Shown in pieces: positions 1 to 13,534 of a DNA stretch of 64,000 bases. The notes below the pieces were generated by a model that saw nothing but the letters and a program-made list of their open reading frames with translations, searched no databases and was not told the origin of the DNA. Positions within the stretch are counted from its first letter, which is position 1; the number at the start of each line of letters is the position of its first letter. This stretch comes from Mizuhopecten yessoensis (Eukaryota). The position numbers and the translations under genes were made by a program. Location of the stretch: contig NW_018406838.1 of NCBI RefSeq assembly GCF_002113885.1, forward strand, positions 189,490 to 253,489. Reading direction: 5' to 3'.

Positions 1-219
1 TCTAGTTTCCTTCGGGCCAACAAGCGTGTTGAGTATAAGTTATAAAAACTTGTTTCATAATCGTGTAAAATATATAAAGTTTATATTTATATTTGTATAA
101 CTTTATTTCTTGAGAAGTGCTCGATGGATCTTTCTCCAATTTCACATGTAGATTTCCTATGTATAAGTAATTTCTTCCTGTTCATTAGTTTCACATTCTA
201 CTAATACGGTAATGTTTAA

Positions 220-1980
220 ACAAGAGACCCAGAGGCCTGTATTGCTCACCTAAATATGTTAAAAATAATTGGTATGAAGTAAAGATATAGCACTCCATGG
301 TAGGTTCTGTAGTACATATGAAATTTCAGAAAGTTCCATCCAGTACTTGAGATATAGTGAGAACAAACTTTAAACAGAGACCCACCCCTATGCTCCTAGG
401 GGGGTCATACCCACCAATTTTACAAAATTGAGTCCCCTTGACCCAAGGATGCTCCAGACTAAATTAGGATAAAATCCTTAAATCCTGATGGTCGAAGAAG
501 GATTTTAAAGGTTTTACCTCTATTTCCCCTATTGGGCCCCACCTCTCTGCCTCCAGGGGGGTCAGACACACTGTTTATACAAAACTGGTTCCCCTTCACC
601 CAAGGATGCTTCATACCAAATTTGGACAAATCCTGTCATTCCTACAGAAGAAGAAAGATTTTGAAGAATTTGCTGTTTCCCCTAATGGGCCCCTCACTTC
701 TGTCCCCAGGGGGGCCCCACTTGCTATTGATACAAAATTGAGTCCCTTTTGCCCAAGGATGCTCAAGATTAAATTAGGATAATATCCCTTAATCCATATG
801 GTAGAAGGATTATAAAGGTTTTACCTCTATTTCCCCTATTGGGCCCAACCCCTCAGGTCCCAGGGGGCCACACCCACCGTTTTTACAAAATTGGTTCCCC
901 TTTACCCAAGGATGCACACCAAATCCTTTCATTCCTACAGAAGTAGAAGGATTTTAAAGAATAATTTGCAATGTTTCCCCTATTGGGCTCTGCGGTTTAC
1001 AGTTTCAGACCCACGGTTTACACAAAATTGGTTCCCCTTCACCCAAGGATGCTTCAGATCGAATATGGACCAAATCCTTTCATTCCTAAAGAAGAAGAAG
1101 GATTTTAAAGAATTTGCTATATTTCCCCTCTTTGGCCCCGCCCCTCAGCCCTCAGGGGGGCCAGACCCACCATTTATACAAAATTGGTTCCCCTTCCCTC
1201 AATGATGCTTCTGACCTAATATGAAACAAATCCTTTCATTCCTACAGAAGAAGGATTTTAAAGAATTTGCTATTTCCACTATTGGTTCCCACCCCTCAGC
1301 CCCCAAGGGGGGCCAATCCAACCATTTAAACAAAATTTATACCCCTTCCCTCAAGGATGCTTCTGACCAAATGTGGTCAAAATCTACTCAGTCGTTCATG
1401 ACTAGTAGCGTTTTAAAGGAAAAGTTGACAGATGGACGATGCGGTATGGCATAAGCTAATAATACAAGAGGCCCAATGGGCCTGCATCGCTCACCTGTTA
1501 TTAATCTAACACTTGTAATCTAAAGATTTCATAAGAATCTATTAAAAGATTTAAACATATGACGCCTCTGACCTTGATTGTCGAACAAGGACATTAGGTT
1601 GAAAGTGGATCAAGGTCATTCATTTGAACTTACATGGTAGTCCGTCATCCCAGCATGCTACAGGCTTAACTTCAGTACCCTGGCCCTTTTGCTTATTGAG
1701 AAGAAGAAGTAGCTTGAAGATTTTACGACATTTGACCCCTGTGACCTTGAAAGTTGGTCAAGGCCATTTATTTGAACAACCTTGGTAGCCCTTGATCCCA
1801 GCATGCTACTGGCCAAATATCATCTTCCTAGGCCTTTTGGTTACTGAGAAGAAGTTGTTTAAAGTAAAAAGTTGACACCAGACAGACGGACGCCGGACGC
1901 CGGACGCCGCACCATGGCATAAGCTCACTTGCCCTTGGGCAGGTGAGCTAATAACTGTGGTCCTTTGGACCAGGTCAGCT
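220..1980 (-). mobile_element. pearl/HINE-type (Helentron-associated) non-autonomous element A with ~150-bp internal tandem repeats, interrupted by element B
   Basis: One end ACAAGAGACCCAGAGGCCTGTATTGCTCACCT; recurring CCCAAGGATGCT ~150-bp units; GACAGATGGACG microsatellite; other-end hairpin AGCT...TGGTCCTTTGGACCAGGTCAGCT split by an insertion. Confidence 0.8.
1464..1949 (-). mobile_element. pearl/HINE-type element B (different internal family) nested in A
   Basis: ACAAGAGGCCCAATGGGCCTGCATCGCTCACCTG ... two internal TGACCTTGA..GTCAAGG..ATTTGAAC units, (GGACGCC)n microsatellite, hairpin AGCTCACTTGCCCTTGGGCAGGTGAGCT. Confidence 0.85.
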
Positions 1981-1982
1981 AA

Positions 1983-3407
1983 ACAAGAGGCCCAGAGGGC
2001 CTGTATCGCTCACCTGAATATAATTAAAGTAATTGGTATGAAGTAAAGATATAGCACTCCATGGTAAGTACATATGAAATTTCAGAAAGATTCATCCAGT
2101 ACTTGAGATATAGAGAACAAACTTCAAACAGAGCCCCACCCCTATGCCCCTACGGGGGTCATACCTACCAGTTATACAAAATTGAGTCACCGTCACCCTA
2201 GGATGCTCCACACTACATAAGGATAAAATCCCTTAATCCCGATGGTCAGAGAAGGATTTTAAAGGTTTTACCTCTATTTCTCCTATTGGGCCCCGCCCAC
2301 CTGCCCCCCTCGGAGACCACACCTACTGCTAATACAAAAATGAGTCCCCTTGGGCCAAGGATGCTCCAGACTAAATTAGGATAAAATCCCTTAATCCCTA
2401 TGGTAGAAGAAGGATTTTAAAAGTTTTACCTCTATTTTCCCTATTGGGCCCCGCCTCTCTGCCTACAGGGGGGGTCAGATACACCGTTTATACAAACTTT
2501 GTTCCCCTTCCCCCAAGGATGCTTCTGACCAAATATGGACCAAATCCTTTTATTCCTACAGAAGAAGAAGGATTTTAAAGAATAATTTGCTATGTTTTCC
2601 CTATTGGGCCCCACCGCTCAGGCATCTGGGGGGCCAGATCCATGGTGTATACAAAATTGGTTACCCTTCACCCAAGAATGCTTCAGACCAAATATGGAAC
2701 AAAATCCTTTCATTCCTACAGAAGAAGGATTTTAAAGAATTTGCTATATTTCCCGCCCCTCAGCCCCAAGGGGGGCAAGACCCACCATTTATACAAACTT
2801 TGTTCCCCTTCGCCCAAGGATGCTTCTGAACAAATATGAACCAAATCCTTTCATTCCTACAGAAGAAGGATTTTAAAGAATAATTTGCTATGTTTCCCCT
2901 ATTGGGCCTCGCCCCTCAGGCCCCTGGTGAGACAGACCCATGGTTTATACAAAATTGGTTCCTGACTACCCAAGGATGCTCCACACCAAATATGGAACAA
3001 ATCCTTTCATTCCTACAGGAGAAGAAGGATTTTAAAGAATTTGCTATATTTCCCGCACCTCAGCCCCAAGGGGGGCAAGACCCACCATTTATACAAACTT
3101 TGTTCCCCTTCCCCCAAGGATGCTTCTGACCAAATATGGACCAAATCCTTTCATTCCCACAGAAGAAGAAGGATTTTAAAGAATAATTTGCTTTATTTCC
3201 CCTATTTGGCCTCGCCCTTCAGGCCCCTGGGGGCCAGACCCACCATTTATATAAAATTGGTTCTTCTTCACCCAAGGATGCTCCACACCAAATTTTGTTA
3301 AAATCCGCTCAGTGGTTCATGACTAGTAGTGTAAAGTTGACGGACGACGGTCGACGGACGCTGCCGTATGGCATAAGCTCACCTTGGTCCTTCGGACCAG
3401 GTGAGCT
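1983..3407 (-). mobile_element. pearl/HINE-type element C, same family as A, full length
   Basis: ACAAGAGGCCCAGAGGGCCTGTATCGCTCACCTG; about 8 internal 142-159-bp units; GACGGACGACGG microsatellite; hairpin AGCTCACCTTGGTCCTTCGGACCAGGTGAGCT followed by an A-run; sub-terminal IR GCTCACCTG/CAGGTGAGC. Confidence 0.88.
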
Positions 3408-3726
3408 AAAAATAGAACTAGAGATTTTTGTTTCTTTTGCACAATGTTTTTTTCTTCTGATGAAGCGACTTGAAGCTCAGAATAAAAGGGAAGTCTGCCT
3501 AAAGATCCAACAAGCTCTTCCTGAGAAGTCGCTTATAGCAATCTTAACTTGTCTGAAATTCAAAATGGATGCCTGCTAGCTATCTTGTTTTTCTGATCAG
3601 TCTCAAAATGAAATATGCCTAACTATTGCCCAAAGAGCTTATAAGGAATTTGAAAATGATCTAGTTGTCAAGTAGATCTTAAAATAGCGATAAAAAAAAG
3701 TTTAATTATGGAAAATGAACCACTTT

Positions 3727-3871
3727 GGTCATTTAAGGACGAGTTAGGTTTTGGTGGTGGAGGAAAACCACCTGGTAACTGCCCCACATAGGCCTCAAAC
3801 TCGCGACCCAGTGGTGGAGGGCAGTTGATCTTAGACGGTCAGATGCCTTAACCTCTTGGCCATTGCAGCCC
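3727..3871 (-). mobile_element. tRNA-derived SINE remnant (possibly V-domain type)
   Basis: Reverse strand GGGCTGCAATGGCCAAGAGGTTAAGG (A-box-like), GGTCGCGAGTTTGAGGCC (B-box-like), then GGTTTTCCTCCACC. Confidence 0.6.
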
Positions 3872-4967
3872 ATTGAGATTCAAGTGTGGAAGATGTATGT
3901 CAGGTGTGGTCTGTCAATAATCATAATTACAACAACAGAAATGTTTGGAAGTTTTTGCAAAACATTTATTCTTTAATATTAAAACTAATATCTTTGTCTA
4001 CAAAAGATAGAAAAAGCTTCTGATAAATGTTTGTATCAGAAATTCTACCATGTGATAGACGACGGATGACATAGAATGTGGCTGGTTTTCTGGCCATGAA
4101 GGCCCCCCCCCCCCCCCCTAGCATGGTCAGCATCACTGGTAGACACCATGGACGTGCTCTCTTGTCTGCTTTAAAGATCAAGCTTGAATTGTTGAATTGA
4201 GCTTGTTTGTACTGACATTGATATGTTTTCTCACCCCTAGACAATAGAAATGGCTGTGGTCTAAAAACTTCCTGTAATTACTGCTACGTAAAATTTCTGT
4301 TCTAGTAGATATCAACTCTAACCGCTTATCCCACACATAATGTATATAAGGTAGCATACAGCCTTAACTCTTACACAGATATGATGTACAGAGAAGCATA
4401 CAGCCGAAGTCTAAAATCATGACATGTACACAGAGTACAAGTAGCCTACAATGTTGATGGTGTACAATTCTTGGTTAGAGAGGGCTTGAACAAGTCTACC
4501 GTGAGGCTGACCACACTGAAGAATGACCAGACATACAACATACATGTACAACAGTACGCTATCTACAACTAGTACAGGTATATCATACATGATTATCAAT
4601 GTATAGCCATTTAAAAATGGTTCATGTTGGCATGTTCTAAATGAGGCATGATACTGGTGTGAACAGGTCCTTACCAGGCTAGAGCTGCGCGGTATCAGCA
4701 AAATGTGAGCAAAATTTTACCATAAGCTATAAGCTGTGTTAGAAATGAATCCCCACTGCAAAAAAAAGTACTTGTTACTTAAATGATCTAGAGCTAAAGG
4801 ACATGATTTCAATTAAAACTATTAATTATTTAAAATTTTGCTCTAAATTCTGAAGAATTAAATTAAGATGCATTACTGTAATTCCAATATTTTATGTTTA
4901 TGTTGATCTATGAAAACGAAATAAAAAATCAATATACTGAAAGCTTGCATTGTTGAAAGTAGAAACG

Positions 4968-5133
4968 CACTGGTATAAACACAGGCATTATATGTTAATG
5001 TTACTGACATATAATACTTATCACTGGTATAAACACAGGCAATACATGTTAATGTTACTGACATAAAACACTTATCACTGGTATAAACACAGGCATTACA
5101 TGTTAATGTTACTGACACACTTATCACTGGTAT
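4968..5133. repeat. 54-bp tandem repeat x3
   Basis: CACTGGTATAAACACAGGC at 4968, 5022, 5076. Confidence 0.9.
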
Positions 5134-7741
5134 TACTGAGGTAGAATCATGAATGGCTAGTTATAAACCCTCACATAAAACCAATAATCTGACTCAAATT
5201 ACCTGCTAAGAATGCAGGTAGGTCGGCCTGGATAGAGTTGTCTCCCCTGGTCCCTTTTTAGGGGATCCACAGTGGCTCATTAACCATTAAATTTAAACAT
5301 TTGAGTTTCATTCTCTTTAAACTATTTAGGTAAATCACCAGATTTATACTTGTACAATAAATAAGTGATCTATGACCAAATGTTGAACACAGGTTGACAA
5401 TATCAGTACACAAGGTGCTTACAGAACATATATAAATATCAACATACAAAATAGGAACTTGCCAATAAGTGGTTTTTTGTTAACAACCTATTTTAATATA
5501 TACAGCCAAATCTGTATTAAGACACTAACCAAAGGAAGCGTGTTCCCTTGACAGAGATCGTCTGTAACAGAACAGTAATATAATGTGACTATCTTGTTCG
5601 TTGGGATGAGATAATGGTGATCTCTTCAGATAGGATTGTTTTAATAACAGGGGTGGTCTCTCGAGTCAACTGTACAACGAGTATGAAAATATGTTCTCTT
5701 CCACACCTCTCTGTAACATGCATCACTTGTCTGTGAATAGAACAGTGTAATTGTTTCTACTCCCCAATAAATCTACCCAAATTACTACAAGCACTCGGCC
5801 CAGAAAAATCTACCGGGAATGCTACAAGCTCTCAGTCCAGATTATTCTACAAGGAATTACTTAAAGCACTAGGTCCATATTGTATGTTCTTAAATATTTC
5901 ATAGCAACACACTGGATTTCATTTCTGACAGTAAAATTGTACATTACATTTTCTGTTTTATTAGGGAGTCAAGTCACTTCCACTACCATCACAGATGGTA
6001 AACTTTCAACACCATTCACGTGTATTTTTTTCTGCTGTGAAACAATGGGGACAGCCATTGTGTTTTGTGGCAGGTATCGGTAATTACTTGGTCTTATTTA
6101 GTGGGTAGCAGAGGGAGACAGATAGTCAGTAAACAAATACTTGTACAGATCTCAACAGAGACACCTCAGTTTTAATAAGATCAGATTCCATGGTTGGCCA
6201 GTTTGTTTGCAAGAAAAAAATGTAATACCTCATGTCAGTTGTACTTAATACTTGTAGTCAGTCCCATTGAAATTAGTTTCTGATTTTCAGACATTGTGAA
6301 TGATTATATCCAACCACTTTTCAAAATTCTTAGTTTCTGTAAAACTTCTCTGAATCGCTAAGTACTTTGAAGGGAATTCCAGAAAATATTCTTTATATTA
6401 AAGTTTAAATTATTCCTTTATCTAATGTTAACAAAAAGCCCTTTAAAAAGAAAAATAATCCAACCATCCTTATCCAAGCCTTATACTACACAGGTCCCTA
6501 ACACATTTTACTGTCCTAATACTATCTTCAATGTGTTTTTATGTAACCGTTATAGATGTTTATCATGTCCAAATTGTATGAATTATAAATTTTAAAATAA
6601 TAAAATTATTGGATTACTAAACATGCATAACAGAACAAAGCAAAGTATTATAAGCAATCAATAGTCCAACTCTGGACCAAATCTCATATGAAAATTGAAC
6701 AAAGGGCCATTACTCTATATAGTGGCGCACAAGAGCTGATTTCAGTGTGCGACACTGCACTATCCCATGAGGTCCTTCTGGTCATTTTAAGTGATCCAGT
6801 ATATGGGATATACACTTGATAAAGTAACACACTGACAGACAGCAGACGGATGGTTGAAGTATAAACCTTGCGTCCACTCCGGCAGTACCGGTAGCTGACT
6901 AATAAGGAAGGAATCGTAAAAAGTGTTCATCTATTTCATTCACAATCTAAAAACCTGAGCAACTACACTAAGGGAGAGAGTATGTAGGGAGATAATATGT
7001 AATGTAGGTATGTATCCTCTTACAGGATCGATAGAATTTATCAGGAACACTGCTACAACAGCTGAATGTAGGTCGGATTTGGGGAGTCATGATATTCATT
7101 TTAATAAATATGATTAATAATCTATATTAAAACACAACAAAATACCATCTAATGTTGTACAATAACAGTTGAGCCTTGATCTAGTACTATATTTGGGTAA
7201 CACATGTCAATAACGGTATTATATACATATATATGGTGTAACACATACAAACAGTAGTACTATCTACATATACACAGCGTAACAATGTCAATACTAGTAC
7301 AAGTGTACTATACAGGGATAACACAAGTCAATCGTTATATAAATACACAGGATAACCACTGTCAGTGCTAGTACTATACATATAATAGGGGCGACACATC
7401 TATTTATTGTAGAAGAATACACATAACTTTGGATGCAAATCTTGAATTCTAGAATTAATTTATTGGTCAGGGAAATATTCGCTTTTCACCATTGGCTGTA
7501 TTCATGAAACCGTTTTCATACTCAAACTCATATACTGTTCTCAAGCCCAATTTCTTGTTCGAGTAATGAATTAATAAATAATCACAATTTGTTCATGATT
7601 TTGAAGAATTTTGGAGAAATTTCAAGCCAAATACCAGTTTCATCATCACCACTTGACTTTTTGACACAGACACAGGAAAAATATTTGCATAGTGTTAATT
7701 TTCCCCTTTCACATCGAAATACAATACTGTATATGTAGGAG

Positions 7742-9271
7742 ATGGTGTAGTTCACATAGGCTGTGTACTGATGGTAGGATGTTTGCTAGCAGTGTGATGT
7801 AGTTATCATAGGCTGTGTACTAATGGTAGGATGTTTGCTAGCAGTGGCTGTGTAGTTATCATAGGCTGTGTACTGATGGTAGGATGTTTGCTAGCAGTGG
7901 CTGTGTAGTTATCATAGGCTGGGTACTGATGGTAGGATGTTTGCTAGCAGTGTGGGGTAGTTATCATAGGCTGTGGACTGATGGTAGGATGTTTGCTAGC
8001 AGTGTAGGATGTTTGCTAGCAGTGTGGTGTAGTTAACATAGGCTGTGTACTGATGGTAGGATGTTTGCTAGCAGTGGGATGTAGTTATCATAGGCTGTGT
8101 ACTGATGGTAGACTATTTGCTAGCAGTGTGGTGTAGTTATCATAGGCTGTGGACTGATGCTAGGATGTTTGCTAGCAGTGTAGGATGTTTGCTAGCAGTG
8201 TGGTGTAGTTAACATAGGCTGTGTACTGATGGTAGGATGTTTGCTAGCAGTGTGGTGTAGGTATCATAGGCTGTGTACTGATGGCAGGATGTTTGCTAGC
8301 AGTGTGGTGTAGTTATCATTGGCTGTGTACTGATGGTAGGATGTTTGCTAACAGTGTGGTGTAGTTATCATAGGCTGTGTACGGATGGTAGGATGTTTGT
8401 TAGCCGTGTGGTGTTGTTATAATAGGCTGTGTACTGATGGTAGGATGTTTGCTAGCAGTGGGTGGTAGATATCATAGGCTGTGTACTGATGGTAGGATGT
8501 TTGCTAACAGTGTGGTGTAGTTATCATAGGCTGTGTACGGATGGTAGGATGTTTGTTAGCCGTGTGGTGTTGTTATAATAGGCTGTGTACTGATGGTAGG
8601 ATGTTTGCTAGCAGTGTGGCGTAGTTATCATAGGCTGTGTACTGATGGTAGGGTGTTTGCTAACAGTGGCTGTGTAATATAGGAGGTTGTGTTCTATAAG
8701 TTGGATGTGTTCTGATTTAAGTTTTTATACCAATGGTCACCACCACAATGAATTTGTCCTTATTATACAGGGTGAAAAGGTTGAGAGTTAAAACTGGTGT
8801 AAAGATGGTGTAGTTCACATAGGCTGTGTACTGATGGTAGGATGTTTGCTAGCAGTGGGGTGTAGTTATCATAGGCTGTGTACTGGTGGTAGGATGTTTG
8901 CTAGCAGTGGCTGTGTAGTTATCATAGGCTGGGTACTGATGGTAGGATGTTTGCTAGCAGTGTGGTGTAGGTATCATAGGCTGTGTACTGATGGTAGGAT
9001 GTTTGCTAGCAGTGTGGTGGAGTTATCATAGGCTGTGTACTGATGGTAGGATGTTTGCTAGCAGTGGCTGTGTAATATAGGAGATGGTGTAGTTATTATA
9101 GGCTGTGTACTGATGGTAGGGTGTTTGCTAACAGTGGCTGTGTAATATAGGAGGTTGTGTTCTATAAGTTGGATGTGTTCTGATTTAAGTTTTTATACCA
9201 ATGGTCACCACCACAATGAATTTGTCCTTATTATACAGGGTGAAAAGGTTGAGAGTTAAAACTGGTGTAAA
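7742..9271. repeat. 52-bp minisatellite with a duplicated unique flank
   Basis: Unit GTAGTTATCATAGGCTGTGTACTGATGGTAGGATGTTTGCTAGCAGTGTGGT; 8670-8802 is repeated at 9139-9271. Confidence 0.95.
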
Positions 9272-10097
9272 TATTTGCTGACATACTGTATACAGCTATA
9301 ACACTTGTAGATACTGCCAGTACATGTACACGAGTGCTCTGTATGTAAGGACCAACACACAAAGACATGGATATATTAACAACACAATCCTATTAAAAAC
9401 ATACATACTTGCTGTTCTCACAAACTCTCATAAATAATGAAATATACATAAATATTTTTGATACAAAAATGTTTGACCTCATACATTGTTTTAAAAGCCC
9501 AAATTCTACATGCATGGTAATTTATCTGAGCTCAGTATAGAAATATTTCTGGACTTTAACAGGTCAAGATTGACTGATAGATGAGGTTTTCTGATAAAGG
9601 GAAGCATGTGCCAACAAAAGACAGTGTAATAGTCAGGAATGTGTAACCACCAGGTCTCAGCAGCCAGCCCCAGTGTGAGAGTTTTAAAGCCATAAGCCAA
9701 ATCACCAGTACATTCAGATTCGTATTAAACATTTTAAACATTTTGAGCCAGTTAACTAACCAAAACTCAACCTGCATTATTATTCATAACAAATAACAAG
9801 GCAAAAAAGTAGACAAAACAAAGGAGAAAATGCAGAGGTATGAAGTGTGAGGATGACCTTGGTTGTTCTATGACAGAGGTTGATGGGTCTATAGAGGACA
9901 GGCTATGGACCGACATAATGTAATTGGACATTCTATGAGAGGATTAATGGTCTATGATACTGGTGTTGTTCTATGATAGGAATGGACTCTATGTGTTAAT
10001 GCCCTTGGTTTTGATATGATATGGGTAGATGGTATCCTTTGTGTTTAAAATGTCATTGTTCTATGATAGGGGTCAATAGTTGTAGTTCTTATTATAT

Positions 10098-10103
10098 TTT
10101 ATT
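10098..10103 (-). terminator. Candidate poly(A) signal AATAAA for FAM102A (alternatives: ATTAAA 12817-12822, AATAAA 3965-3970)
   Basis: TTTATT on + strand; the first canonical hexamer I found downstream of the stop codon by eye. Confidence 0.35.
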
Positions 10104-10799
10104 AAACGAATTAAAAATGGCCTGCTCTAATAGAAAATACATGTAAAATGTTTCATGACCAAAACATAATGAAAGTCTGGAAGCTTATATCAGCATGTTG
10201 TACAATCCTTTTGATCCATCTTCAATAAAATTTGTAATAAATAAAATAACATTAGATGTTTGCAATACATTAGGATGATAACACACAATAGGACAATCTA
10301 ACGACATCAATAATACAAAACATAGGTAATATCCTAATGACAGCTCAATACACAGCAACACAATCTAATGATATTAATGAGATTCCAGATCTTCTATAGA
10401 AACAGACATATTATCAATTCTGCAACAACATTTCTGGTCATAACATATATTCTAAGTTCTGTAACAATGATTACGGTCATTATAAAAACAATACCCTGTG
10501 TTTCACAGTGTGTATGGCAATACAACATATCTCTGTAAGGCACACGAACCATCAGTCAGCACATTTCTTACACAACTTCAGGAAATTGAGGAGAAACATT
10601 TGGGGAATCAATAATCATGATAAGAAACAAATTTTGGTTACCAGTTATTAAACAGACCAGTTTAACTTGTAAATTGTCATGATAAGAGTTTCTACTGAGA
10701 AAGTATTGACATTAGATAATAGCAGTTTTACTTCAAGACTTGAAGTGTTTGAAAAAGTTCTCTTAACTGAACACAGACCTGGTATGGCATTTGATTACA

Positions 10800-11788
10800 C
10801 AGGAGTTGCCCTCCACCCCACCCCTGGCCGAATAACCCATTACAGTCTGTTCAGGAGTCGCCCTCCACCCCACCCCTGGCCGAATAACCCATTACAGTCT
10901 GTTCAGGATTCACCCTCCACCCCACCCCTGGCCGAATAACCCATTACAGTCTGTTCAGGATTCACCCTCCACCCAACCCCTGGCTGAATAACCCATTACA
11001 GTCTGTTCAGGATTCACCCTCCACCCCACCCCTGGCCGAATAACCCATTACAGTCTGTTCAGGATTCACCCTCCACCCAACCCCTGGCTGAATAACCCAT
11101 TACAGTCTGTTCAGGATTCACCCTCCACCCCACCCCTGGCCGAATAACCCATTACAGTCTGTTCAGGATTCACCCTCCACCCAACCCCTGGCTGAATAAC
11201 CCATTACAGTCTGTTCAGGAGTCACCCTCCACCCCACCCCTGGCCGAATAACCTATTACAGTCTGTTCAGGATTCACCCTCCACCCCACCCCTGGCCGAA
11301 TAACCCATTACAGTCTGTTCAGGATTCACCCTCCACCCAACCCCTGGCTGAATAACCCATTACAGTCTGTTCAGGAGTCACCCTCCACCCCACCCCTGGC
11401 CGAATAACCTATTACAGTCTGTTCAGGAGTCACCCTCCACCCCACCCCTGGCCGAATAACCCATTACAGTCTGTTCAGGAGTCACCCTCCACCCCACCCC
11501 TGGCCGAATAACCCATTACAGTCTGTTCAGGAGTCACCCTCCACCCCACCCCTGGCCGAATAACCCATTACAGTCTGTTCAGGAGTCACCCTCCACCCCA
11601 CCCCTGGCCGAATAACCTATTACAGTCTGTTCAGGAGTCACCCTCCACCCCACCCCTGGCCGAATAACCTATTACAGTCTGTTCACAAGTCACCCTCCAT
11701 CCCACTCCTGGCCGAATATCCCATGACAGTCTGTTCAGGAGTCATCCTCCATTCCACCCCTGGCCGAATAACCAATGACAGTCTGTTC
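10800..11788. repeat. 52-bp minisatellite, ~19 copies
   Basis: Unit CAGGAGTCACCCTCCACCCCACCCCTGGCCGAATAACCCATTACAGTCTGTT. Confidence 0.97.
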
Positions 11789-13406
11789 AATATTTTGTCA
11801 AGGCTTGCCTGAAGCAGCATCAGATTACTAGGTCCGACCTTATTACATAAACTGTGGTCCGACCAGTTCAACTGTTTAAACGAAAACGGCACTGGTGTGA
11901 TATCTAAGCACAATGGAGTTATCCCCCCTGACTGAATGTATGTCTGGGGCACTTTTGGGTATCTGGTTTAACCATTTCAACTGGCTAAAAATATGAACAG
12001 TACATATCAGGACCAAGGCTGACTTTGCTGTGAGCATATTGAGGAGTGTTGGTGTGCCTGACCAGAATAAAGACTGACTTCCACTGGTGTGTAGTATTAC
12101 TACATAAAACAAGGTTGTCTCAGGATATATTTTCAGGATATATTATGAAATTTAGTAAGATGAAAGAAGTACTAATAATACTTGATGTATTGTTATCTAT
12201 ATTTGTCACAGAACATTTGGAGCTCTGCCTATAAGGTTTGACCATTTCTCATCTACCTATGGTCATATATCGTAGACTATGTCTGTGTCACCTGCCTCGT
12301 TTCAACCAGGATACACAAAAGCAGCCTAAATGTGAACTCCTGGTATAAGGGTGTTATCCCCCCTAGCCAAATTCTTACTATGAACGAATTACCCCCTGGC
12401 CAGATGTGTGCTGGTGCGATATCTTAGTACAGCGCCCTATATACCCCTAGCCAGGGGTAACATCAGAGAACATAGCAAGGACTGACCTCTCATCTGTTCA
12501 ACTTTTCATTAAACTATGTGTTGGTGATGGCAAGTTTACATCAACTTGGTCCTATAAAACTGCATTCAGAGTGTGAAGAAACTGTTACAACCACATAAAC
12601 AACACTGCACTAGAGTGTTATGATACAATGTAGTAGCACCGAGTGTACTATGAGAACAGCTGAAATGGAAGAATCTGAAAATAGATATGGACATGTGTCA
12701 CTTGATGCCTGGAGTTATCTCCCTTATCATATCCATCCGTTTGCTAAAGTCTCCTGTATAATGGACATTTCTATCTGTCCAGTACACTAGTGGCCTGTAA
12801 ACACACATCTACATGTTTTAATTGATGGCCATTATCACTGCCAGGACCCAAAAAGGAAGGGAGACCTCCATTAGTAATTATTACATACAAACGGTTTTAT
12901 AAACACCACCATGGTTACATGTAAATAAGTCCATGGTTGCAAAACACTGCCATGGTTACATGTTAACACTTTCACGGTTATTTGTAAAACTTGCCATGGT
13001 TAATTGTTTATAAATGGTTACTGGGTCAGTGAAGACATCTGGTAATATCTTCTAACAGAAAATCACAACATAGGAACATTGATTGTTGAATCTATAGTAT
13101 CCTCTCAGGAAAGTGGTTTCAATTCAAAATCTGTAAGACTTGTTTCAGTTCAATGGAACCTCCTCCTCCTCCTCCACAAGAAACATCTTAACAATTGTTA
13201 TAAAAATCAAACAGGAATAAGTTGAGGTGCTATCCTAGGGAATCGCCCTAAGAATTCTCAGGGAATGATCTCCCTGTAGTGATCTGGATTTACTGGTCCA
13301 TGTGGAGACATATAGAGACGTTAAAACTAGGTCCAACGACTATGGTTCCAATCCAATGATGGCCTGGGGGCTGTAAATAAGGTCCCGTTTCCTAGGGTCC
13401 CAGTCG

Positions 13407-13459
13407 TCACCTCAGGGCCGTCGTACCATCTTTATCTACCAGCAGCTGTAGTCCTGAAC
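13407..13459 (-). CDS. FAM102A: FAM102A/EEIG1 terminal coding exon 8
   Basis: gtgacag|GT; (S)SGLQLLVDKDGTTALR*, matching the C-terminal L.L.V..DG.. motif. Total CDS 1008 nt = 335 aa + stop. Confidence 0.9.
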
Positions 13460-13534
13460 CTGTCACACAATATATATATTTCACAATTAATAAACTTAGC
13501 TAGCAGCGTGGAACAAACTCTACATATCTGTTTG

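Noticed and set aside
532-3579. Family of similar short ORFs (NWFPFTQGCF...)
   Set aside because: Translations of the internal repeats of non-autonomous HINE elements.
4417-4701. Extra FAM102A exon (RSSS-containing ORF)
   Set aside because: Lies beyond the stop codon, shows no recognisable homology, and the gene model is already complete.
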